Source: Setoptus koraiensis (taxonomy: Eukaryota > Animalia > Arthropoda). From it: DNA of 64,000 bases. Positions 50,775 to 59,900 of the stretch are shown here, piece after piece (position 1 is the stretch's first letter; every line of letters starts with the position of its first letter). A model generated the notes under the pieces. The model was given only the letters and a program-made list of their open reading frames with translations, was not told the DNA's origin and ran no database searches. Where the stretch lies: positions 16,492,001-16,556,000 of the forward strand of contig CM106585.1 in the NCBI GenBank assembly GCA_048013815.1, read 5' to 3'. A program made the translations under genes and the position numbers.

Positions 50775-52802
50775 ATGTCAACCAACACTTCGGTCGACCA
50801 GCACAATGAAGGATTTCTCTGGCGCCTGGAAATGCTGCCGCCAGAGCTGTTGCTCATTATCATCGATCATTTGGACGATTTACTCGATCGAACTCGCCTG
50901 GCCAAAGAGTCAGCGAAATTCAGCGAGCTCATAAACCATGCCAACAGATCTTTAGGCAAAGGGGGCATATTCAGTTGCGATATTTCGGATTCGCCATATT
51001 GTCAAGTGTTGGAGCCAATTGTTCGCAAGCTGCCCAAACTAAAACGACTCACCCTCCATTCAGAATGCTATGCCATCAGAAGATTCATGCCAGACTCATA
51101 TTTCAGTTCGTCTGACAACTGCAGCCTACTAACAGCACTCAATTTTCATGGAATATCCTTTGCAACCGATGAACTGACAATGATTGTGACCAATTGTCGC
51201 CAATTGACGACGCTCAAACTGGAAGATGTATTGCTTAGTGACCCTCGCGAACTGAGAAGCGTGTGGAAACTGGTTCAAGACAGGTTGTTGCATCTCAGCG
51301 TGATTGGGGTCATAACCGGGGGGCCCATTGCTGCCTATGGGTGCGTGTTGAGTTCGCTCGATATCAGAAGGAACCGCTATGATGAATGGAGTTATCCATT
51401 CATGGGGGGTCGTCTGTGCGGCCATGGATTTGACTTTCTCCGAAAATGTCCGCAATTGGAGAGCCTATCTGTGACAGTTAGAAAGCCGGAGGAGGTGGAG
51501 CTACTGGCTGAGACCATTACCAACAGCCTATCGCGATTGCGCACCCTCGTTCTCGATCACTACTACGGCCCGTTGCCGAATATTGACGTGCCAACAATTA
51601 TTAGCGGCGAACAAGCTGAATTGCATTATGAGAAAAGCACCGCTCATGCCAAGATATCTGAAAATGTTGCCCGTTTAAAAGCGATACGAAATTTGGAGAA
51701 TAGTGTGCCGGCAATTTACAGTACCCTTTGGTCGCAAGAATATCAACTTAATGTATCGACCGTACAATGGAAACGGAAAAGTTTCTATCATAAGGATAAG
51801 CATTGGCTCTTGGCCAGGGTAGATAACCGCACACTGGACAGCTCATACATGGGAAAAATCGACCCTCATATGCGACTGATCAAATACGGCGACGCGGAAG
51901 CTTCTGAACAGTTGTGGTCAGACGATGTAGTTGTTTCAGTGGAAAGTTTAAAAAGCGAGAGATTTTTATATTTGTACTTAGGGATGGATGAAGAGCAAAT
52001 TGGATTGAAACGCGGCCGATTGGAGAGGGTCAATTTCCGGTTGATCAACGAGCGGAAATTGCATGATCATCACACGGAGATTGACTGTCTAAAACGAAAG
52101 ATGAGACGAATTTCGGGCGATGGGTTGTTGCGCGAAATTATCGAGAAAAGTTGTGGAGACGGGCAAGTGGTGTGTAACTTGGCTTCGAAAAACACACTGA
52201 GACGACGTGAGTTCGCCAATATACACACAGTTGATGAAGCCATCAAATCGGCACTATGCAATCGAGTCACTCTCATGGTGGGTGCGCCGGGACAAGAAGC
52301 GAACAGGATAAAATCTATTGTGTCATTGGCCACTCATTTATACAACACGATACCAGAGCGTCATCGGATTCCTATTAGTTCACGAGTATTAATATGTGCA
52401 GGTAGTGCTCGTTCGCTTGAGGCCATAGCAGAGAAAATCCACGAATTGAGTGAGTTGAAGGTAGAGATATTCAGCTTTCGCACTCATAGGTGGTGTTACT
52501 TCCTTCCCAAAAGATATTTCTCCGAGGGTTTTGGTGATTGCAACGTGATTTTAGGGAATTTGGAGGAGGCACTCAAATTTTCGTCCAAGTTCGAGCTGCT
52601 GATTGATTCATTAATACTATACGAATGTAACGAGTTCAGCATGTCTGATGTTCATCTGCTGTTCCATTTATTGCCCAGGCGAACAGTACTGGTGTCTGAC
52701 AGCAGTGAGGGAGGCACTGTATTCACCAGTTTCAAGAAAATGGGCTTCGACCCAATAATGATGAATGATAAATGTTATAGCAGCGAAGAAAATAAAGAAT
52801 AA
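50775..52802 (+). CDS. F-box/LRR plus degenerate Upf1-like region, copy 2, 675 aa
   Basis: F-box LEMLPPELLLIIIDHLDD, followed by LRRs. Helicase-like segments are ALCNRVTLMVGAPG, RVLICAGS (52386-52406), AEKIHELSELKV and LILYE. Colinear with copies 1 and 3. Confidence 0.85.
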   Translation: MSTNTSVDQHNEGFLWRLEMLPPELLLIIIDHLDDLLDRTRLAKESAKFSELINHANRSLGKGGIFSCDISDSPYCQVLEPIVRKLPKLKRLTLHSECYAIRRFMPDSYFSSSDNCSLLTALNFHGISFATDELTMIVTNCRQLTTLKLEDVLLSDPRELRSVWKLVQDRLLHLSVIGVITGGPIAAYGCVLSSLDIRRNRYDEWSYPFMGGRLCGHGFDFLRKCPQLESLSVTVRKPEEVELLAETITNSLSRLRTLVLDHYYGPLPNIDVPTIISGEQAELHYEKSTAHAKISENVARLKAIRNLENSVPAIYSTLWSQEYQLNVSTVQWKRKSFYHKDKHWLLARVDNRTLDSSYMGKIDPHMRLIKYGDAEASEQLWSDDVVVSVESLKSERFLYLYLGMDEEQIGLKRGRLERVNFRLINERKLHDHHTEIDCLKRKMRRISGDGLLREIIEKSCGDGQVVCNLASKNTLRRREFANIHTVDEAIKSALCNRVTLMVGAPGQEANRIKSIVSLATHLYNTIPERHRIPISSRVLICAGSARSLEAIAEKIHELSELKVEIFSFRTHRWCYFLPKRYFSEGFGDCNVILGNLEEALKFSSKFELLIDSLILYECNEFSMSDVHLLFHLLPRRTVLVSDSSEGGTVFTSFKKMGFDPIMMNDKCYSSEENKE

Positions 52803-53180
52803 TAAAAAACCATCTAGTTGGAAAGCTGTTCGTGCGAATTAGGTAACACCCAACGACTAATTGACCGAAAATGTGGTTAAAGTTTTGATTTTATCAGAAT
52901 TGATGAAGATTTTTACATTATTGTGACAGACAGAGATGGCAGTTAATGTAAATTGTTGATCACATGCACATTCTCAAAATTACCATTAGAAATATACTGA
53001 TTAGTGGAGTAAATTTTGTTGATGCTTCTCATGTCGTTCGACGATACTTGTTATAGCAACGACAGCTTGCAATAAAAAATAAATAACCATCCAGATGGAA
53101 AGCACTATTCGCACCGATCGGGTGACATGCTCTTGCATCGGCTACCTGTCGCGGCGAACGGTCATTGGAGTCGGCTGTTG

Positions 53181-53700
53181 ACCAGCTACTGACCTGTCGA
53201 CTGCTCTCGTCAGCATGCGCCTCAACGCGGCTCGAAGTTGAACTTAGTCTCTCAATTTCGTCCGATCTCACCTTTCTTCTCTATGCACACTCACCCGCTC
53301 TGAGCACGGGTCACGGCGCATTCTCGAGTGTCGATCGGAAATGTGTGCTGGCGAAAGTGTTGTGATTTGGTCAGTTTGTGTCTGTTTGCACGGACAATGG
53401 CGCTGGTCCATTCGAAGTAGCTGCTGACCACTTGTTCGCGCCACAATGTCCAACTGAACGATGGCCAACAATGGTCAAATATTCATTCAAAGATTCATTA
53501 TCTCTATCATCATTTGCGATGACTCAGCGGTGATGATGGTCGCCAGCATACGTCAACTGAACCATGAGCATCGTTTGTCTCGTCAATGTTGTTGTGCCTG
53601 CTCTTGCAAACTGTCGCATCAATTTCATCAATTACTACCTTCATTTGTAGACTGTGTCCGGTTTAATTCAACAGCAATTCCCGTTCTCAATCGACTTCAT
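53181..53700 (+). repeat. Diverged duplicate of the intergenic/upstream segment 50344-50710 that precedes F-box copy 2
   Basis: Shared blocks in the same order include ctgacctgtNgactgct, gcggctcgaagt, gcgaaagtgttgtgaNttggtcag, tgtctgtttgcacggacaatggcgct and atcaatttcatca. Confidence 0.85.
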
Positions 53701-53949
53701 CGACCGTGTATCACTGGATATTTGTAAGCAGCCATTTTGTCAGTGAAAAACTGAGCGAAAAAAGGGGCCATGTGGACCTACGAGGAACCTTTCGACCTGC
53801 TTGTCCTGGTCGCCATCGCTGGTGTTGCTATTGTGGCTTATTTCAGCAATTTAGAGTTGGAGCAGAGAGCCGTGGCGGTGGCAGTGGCAAGCGTTCACAT
53901 TGGCGAGATGGTCAAGCGTTGGAGCCACTTGTTTGCGAGCTGTTCACAG

Positions 53950-54050
53950 TGACTCCACTCTGCAACCGGAACACAATCAAGTCCAGAGGCTCCGTTTATT
54001 GCTGACCAGTGTCGCTCGCTATCGACACTCAATTTGCACAGAATATCCCC
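53950..54050 (+). pseudogene. Remnant of a fourth F-box/LRR copy
   Basis: One frame reads LHS...DQCRSLSTLNLHRIS (54004-54048), matching DNFCKLSTLNLHRIS in copy 3. The DNA tcgacactcaatttgcacagaatatcc is near-identical to copy 3. An in-frame stop lies at 53950-53952 and there is no intact ORF. Confidence 0.7.
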
Positions 54051-54421
54051 GCAAAACACGGAATGTCCCCGGAAAATTCGCACGAACTGAGCATTGGTGT
54101 CGGTTTCGGCCAACAGGATGGATGACGGCGCTCGTTGCTGCTTGTGCGCAGCACGCACTCCGCTCACCTGAACGATGACCAGCCACGGTCCAAAGCGATG
54201 AGTCATTGTGTCCGTTATCATCGCTCATTCATCATCTGAGTCAGAGCATCGGAGTTTCGGTGCTAGTTCCGGCAAACTCTGCAAAACTAATGTGACTATT
54301 GTATCGACGGCCACATCATTTATATGCCACATCAAATCAACAAGTTGTTGTTTTACACGCGCAGGTCCGAAAATTATTCCGAAAATTAACTGACCGGTGT
54401 GCCGTCACATGCTCACGAGCA

Positions 54422-56569
54422 ATGTCGACCAACTATCGCGCCGACCGGCCCGCGGATGCCACTGGAACGAGGAGCCACGGAGGATCTTTCTGTCGCCTGC
54501 ATAGGCTGCCGCCCGAGCTGTTGCTCGTCATCATCGGTCATTTGGACGATTTGCTCGATCGGCACAATTTTGGCCAAGTTTCGGCGACTCTCAGCGAGCT
54601 CGTCCACTATGCCAACAAATTTATAGAGGGCGCCACTCTCAGTGGAGGGCTCGTGATGAGGCCAAATTGTCAAGCCAGATTGGGCCCGATTGTTGGCCGC
54701 ATGCCCAGAACAATGAGCAGCCCAATGAGGAGATTCGCGCCGGACTCACATTTGTTGTTGACGGCGGACAACTTTTGCAAATTGTCAACGCTCAATTTGC
54801 ACAGAATATCCTTTGCGCCCACGGAACTGACCAGAATTGTGACCAAGTGTCGCTTGTTGACAACGCTCAAACTCGATAATGTCGTGCTGGATGATGCTTT
54901 CGAATTGAGAAAATTGTTGCCCCTGGTCAAGGACAGCTTGTTGCATCTCACCGTGTGGGGCCTCAAAAGTCCGACGTTTCAGTATTGCCTCGCTGAGTGC
55001 GTGTTGCGTTCGCTAGATATCCGAAGGAATATCTTCGAAGCGATGTCACGGGACGAAGAATTCGACATTAATTATTCTCAAGCGCATTGCTTTCTCAGGG
55101 CATGTCCGCTATTGGAGAGCCTATCGGTGACATTGAGACATCAGATACATGTTCGGTGGCTGGCAAATGCCATTTTCAAGCGCCCGCTGCGCACCCTGGT
55201 GCTCGATCAATATTACGGCCCGATGCCCGATTTCGAGGTGCCAACAGTTGTTAGCGGAAAACAAGCCGATGTACATTTTCAACAACAAAGCGATGCCCAT
55301 GCGGCGACATCCCCGGAAATTTCGTGCTGCCCGAAAGCGATACGCGATCTAGAGAATCGCGTATTGTCAATCTACAACGAATATTGGCTGCCAGACTGTC
55401 GACAAAAAATATCGACCGTACGATGGAAGCGAATATCTCGCCCCGGCTCGTTCGAGACTGAACATTTTCTCGTGGCGCTGATAGATCGCCGGATGCTGGA
55501 CAGGTCGTTCACAAAAAAAGTGTATCCCAGCAACAAGATGCAAATGATAGAGTATGACAGCGCGGGCGGTGAGCGGTTGTGGTCAGCCATAGGAGTACCT
55601 GTGCTGGGTCTCATGGATAACAAGCGATTTTTTTATCTAGAATTCAGGATGCGAGACGAGCGAAAATTGCAAGGCTGCAACCGCCCAGAATCGGGCAATT
55701 ATTTGCTGATCAACAAGAGCTATTTGCGAATATTCCAGAGCTCCATCGACAAACTAAAACAAAACATAAAACGGACCGCCAGCGATGCGTTGCTGCGTGA
55801 AATTATCGAGAAAAGTTGCGACGGCCAAGACGCCCAAGTTGTGTGTAGCTTGCCTGCCAAAAATGCGCTGCGATCAGATGAGCAAGCCGAGCGAATACCC
55901 ATGAATGAGGCCATGAGGTCGGCGGTTTCCAATAGAGTCACTCTCATGCTGAGCGAACCGGCACCATGGTCCGTCAAGATAAACTCTATCGTGTCGTTGG
56001 CGACTTATTTATTCAAGACAATACCCGTATGCGTCCCTACTAAGCGTCCTAGTTCGAAGGTGCTGATATGTGCGGGCAGTGGTGTTCCGCTCGCGACCAT
56101 TGCCGGCAAAATTCACGGATTGAGGGAGTCGGAGGTGAGGATATTCAGCACCACACACTGTCAGCTGCAGCAATCATCTTTCTCATCTTATTGTGAGGGC
56201 CCCCTCGATGAAGATATTGCTGACAATGGGAACGGCGACGAATTTCTTCCCGATCCTGAAAATTTGGTAGTTGATGCCAGAATTTGGACAGTAAACTCAC
56301 AGGATAGTTCAGTGACAAGCGCTATTCTCTCTAGTTGTAACGTGATTTTGTGCACTTGCCGTGATGCATTCAAATTGCCATCGCTGACCGACCTGATAAT
56401 TGATTCTTTAATACTTTACAAATGTGACGAGCTCAGCCCATCTGATGTGGGTCTGCTGTTGCATTGGTCACCCAGGCGGACACTGTTGGTGTCCGAGAGT
56501 GGCGAAGAGGGCGCTGCATTCGCCAGTTTCAAGAGGATGGGCTTCGAGCCGGTCAAGCTGACACTTTGA
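54422..56569 (+). CDS. F-box/LRR plus degenerate Upf1-like region, copy 3, 715 aa
   Basis: F-box LHRLPPELLLVIIGHLDD, followed by LRRs. Helicase-like segments are ISTVRWKR, KVLICAGS (56060-56080), CNVILCT and AFASFKRMGFEPVKL. The start context gagcaATGtcgacc matches copy 2 (aagcaATGtcaacc). Confidence 0.85.
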   Translation: MSTNYRADRPADATGTRSHGGSFCRLHRLPPELLLVIIGHLDDLLDRHNFGQVSATLSELVHYANKFIEGATLSGGLVMRPNCQARLGPIVGRMPRTMSSPMRRFAPDSHLLLTADNFCKLSTLNLHRISFAPTELTRIVTKCRLLTTLKLDNVVLDDAFELRKLLPLVKDSLLHLTVWGLKSPTFQYCLAECVLRSLDIRRNIFEAMSRDEEFDINYSQAHCFLRACPLLESLSVTLRHQIHVRWLANAIFKRPLRTLVLDQYYGPMPDFEVPTVVSGKQADVHFQQQSDAHAATSPEISCCPKAIRDLENRVLSIYNEYWLPDCRQKISTVRWKRISRPGSFETEHFLVALIDRRMLDRSFTKKVYPSNKMQMIEYDSAGGERLWSAIGVPVLGLMDNKRFFYLEFRMRDERKLQGCNRPESGNYLLINKSYLRIFQSSIDKLKQNIKRTASDALLREIIEKSCDGQDAQVVCSLPAKNALRSDEQAERIPMNEAMRSAVSNRVTLMLSEPAPWSVKINSIVSLATYLFKTIPVCVPTKRPSSKVLICAGSGVPLATIAGKIHGLRESEVRIFSTTHCQLQQSSFSSYCEGPLDEDIADNGNGDEFLPDPENLVVDARIWTVNSQDSSVTSAILSSCNVILCTCRDAFKLPSLTDLIIDSLILYKCDELSPSDVGLLLHWSPRRTLLVSESGEEGAAFASFKRMGFEPVKLTL

Positions 56570-56589
56570 GCCCTTTTACGGCTGGCTGC

Positions 56590-56722
56590 AAGACCCCCAA
56601 AAGCCCCAAACCTCAAACCTCAAGACTCCCAAAACCCGAAAGCCCCAAAACTCAAGACTCCCGAAACCCAAAACCCAAAATTCCCAAAACTCAAGAGTCA
56701 AGACTCCCAATACCCAAAACTC
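56590..56722 (+). repeat. Degenerate C/A-rich repeat (cccaaaac / ctcaagact)
   Basis: Read directly; it lies between the stop codons of F-box copy 3 and the GPCR. Confidence 0.8.
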
Positions 56723-56981
56723 GGACGACTGCTCGGGCGCGGATTGATATTGAATTGATTCAATTTATTGATGCACGTAGTATGTTTGTACAGTATGATA
56801 CAATAACAAATAAATAGTCATCGAGTTGGAGTGCTGCTCGCGTCGATTAGGTAACAATTACTTGAGGTTTGATTAATTATTGTTCAATTATTCAAAACTA
56901 GGATGCCTGTTGTTGTTTGTTGCGGGTGTGGTTGTTGTCGCCGGTGCTTGTGTTGCGGTTTGTGTTGGTGCGGTCGGTCGG

Positions 56982-59900
56982 TCAAGTGATGCACCGGAAC
57001 AGAATTTTGCGGAAGGCGCGTCTAAAATCTCTATTGAAAATGGTGTAAATGATTGGATTGATGGCAGAATTGCAATAGCCCAGCCAGAATATAAATGACT
57101 CCAATCTGGGTGGTATATATTTTCTACATGAAGCACATAATGCACGTGTGACATATAATGTGAAAAATGGCAACCAGGCACAAATGAAAGCGGCCATTAT
57201 CAGACCTAATATGAGGGTGGCCCGACGTTCGCGGGCCTTGGCCAATTTCCGCTTGTGGCGTTCATTGTCCGACGCTAGATATTCCGTGTGGTGATAGGAT
57301 TGATTGTTGTTTTGATTATTGTTGTGGTGGTGGTGGTGCTGTTGTTGTTGTTGTTGTTGCTGCTGTTGCTGTTGCTGCTGTGATTGTTGCGCGTGCTGAT
57401 TGGCCTGGCCGATGGCCAGCGCGCTGTGGTGACTGGGCGACGCGGGCACCGTGCCGCTCATGTTGCTCGGGCTGCCTATCAGCAACTGGTGCTGCTGCTG
57501 CCCACATCCGGCCGCCGCTATGGTGGCCACTGCGGCTGCGGGCTGAGCCGGCTGCGGGCCGGCGTCGCTCGCCCTCGGCGGGCCATTTCCAACCGGCGTC
57601 GGGCCGCCCAAACACGCGCTCTTGTGCGGCCCGGCCACCACAATGTCGGGCAGCGGCTCCGCCGCAGCCACCTTGTTATGCTGCTGATCAGCCGCTTGCT
57701 CGTGCAGCGGGCCGCACGCGGCCGCTGACTGCTGCGCCGCTGGCTGAAAGTTGAACCTGGTCACGGGCATCGTGTTGGAGGCGTGCAACACGGTGGTTAT
57801 CGTCTCGGGTATCTTGGTCACAAGCATTTCGGTGTGCACGCTCAACGGGCTCTCCTGGTCGGGATCTAGCTGGGCGCGCAAAATGGCCGCCGCCTCGTCC
57901 AGGCGCCGTCCGCCAGGGGCGGGCCTGCCGGCGGCGGGCCCCTCGCCCAACTGACCGCCGCCGGGCGGACAGCCACCAATTTGCGCCTGCGCCTGCTGGT
58001 CCACCGAGAACGTCGATGAATTGTTGGAATTGGCCAGCGACGAGCTCGACCCGCGACACGATATGCTGCTGTCCATGGTGGCGCTCGTCTGGCTGCTCAG
58101 ATGGTGATTTGTGGTTTGCTGTCGCGCCAGCGCCCCCTGCAGCTTGTTTTGGGCGGCGGCGGTGGCGTGCTGATGCACCTGTTGAGCTGCTGCGGCGGCC
58201 GCCGCTGGTATTGCGTCACTCATGGTGAGCACAGTGGCCGCCAGGCAATCGTTTGTGTCGTTATCACCTGTCAGACGGGCCGGCGTCATGTCGCCGTGTC
58301 CGGTTGACATGCTGGCATACTGACCAATGGAGTTCCGTCTACTTTGGGCGCCCTCTTCCGCCTGGCACGAGTAACTGGTCATGTGACAGGGCAGCGTGGA
58401 CGCTGGCGCCACCCGAGCGCCCAGCACCACCGGCCCGGCATGCTGCGCCTGCACGTGCAGCGGTCCACTTCCGGTTTGCGCGGGCAAGCCTACTGAGGGC
58501 GTGATTTGTTGCATGTTGTTGCTGTTGTTGTTGTTGTTGTTGTTTTGGCTAATACTGTTGCTGCGGCTAAGATTGTTGTTGTTGTTAGTGGTGGTGACGC
58601 TAACATTTTGCATATTGTTTGTGCATATCGACGATAAACTTATGTTTCGTTGCAACTGGCCCGAGCCGCCCATCAGCTGCTTGCAGCCGCCCAGCTGGCT
58701 GCCGCCCAAGCGACCGCCGGCGCCCAGACTGCCCGAGCCCGCGTGATTGCCCGTGCCCGAGTTGCCGTCTTGCATCAGTTTGCTGTTGTTGGCCATGAGC
58801 AGCTTTTTGGCCTTGCGTGCCTGCTGCTGTTGCTGGCGTTGCTCGCGGGTGCGCGGTTGCTGCTTGTTGAGGGCCCGGCGTGCCCGTGACCGGGCGGCCA
58901 AAAATATCTTTATGTACACGAACACCATCACCATGCAGGGAATGTAAAAGGAGCCCGAGGCCGAGTACAGCACGTAGCCGACGTCGTCGCTCAGGGCGCA
59001 AGCCGGGTACTCGACGATGCCTGCGGGCGCGCCGCTGCCCGATGCCGCAGACCCGGCCAACAGGGGCTGGGCCAACGCAGCCGCTTGCGAGTACGGGTCG
59101 CCCGCGGGTGTATCACTGGTGCTGGCGGTGGGGTAGGTGTATTTGTTGTTGCGGGCACTTGTTGATGAATACGATTGCTGACCGTTCAGTACAAGCATGA
59201 AGTTCAGGTCCTCCTCGGACAGGGCGCGCCGTTGGTGCGGCCGCCCGTACCCGCCCGTGTCGTCCCGTCTGTGCCGCGTGCCCGTTTGCTGTTGGGGCCG
59301 CGACGGCAACCGGATGCGGTTGCGCGCGTTGGCGTTGTCGTCGTAGAAGGCCACATTGCTCGACTGGTAGTCGTGCCGTTGTTGTTGCTGTTGCTGCTGG
59401 ATGGCTTCGTCGGCTTGACGATTGCGCAGCGGCCCCTGCCGGCCGGGCTGCGAAACATCTTTGGTGGTGGCTGAAGTGAGTTGTGATGGCGAGTTGTGCC
59501 GCTGCTGGTCGCAGGCTGCGCCGACGGGCGGTCTCATTGGTCCGTTGCGGGCCCCGGAGGCGTGGCGCGTCCTCCTTTCGTTGGGTAGTGATAATTGTTG
59601 TTGCACGTCGGTTGTTTCGTGTGGTTGGTCCGATGTGTCCATGGATAAATCGGTCAATTGATACTGATTGGCAGAAATTGATTTAACGGCAGCTTGAGTG
59701 GCGGCTGCGGCGGCGGCGGCGGGTGTGTCATGTGGCGGCGGGTAGGCGTTTGCGGCGGTCAGCGGCTGCGGTTGCGGCAGGGGCGTCGGCGGACGCTGCC
59801 TGTGCGGCCTGCTCTGCTTGAGCAGCCGGTCGCGGGCCGCCTGACGTTGGGCCTCCTCGGCGAGCAGCTCGTCGACGCTGGGCTCTCGGTAGCCCGTTGC

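Noticed and set aside
48176-56569. Calling the three ORFs active helicases or functional Upf1 orthologs
   Set aside because: The Walker A lysine and Walker B DE are absent, and the CH domain and RecA2 are missing.
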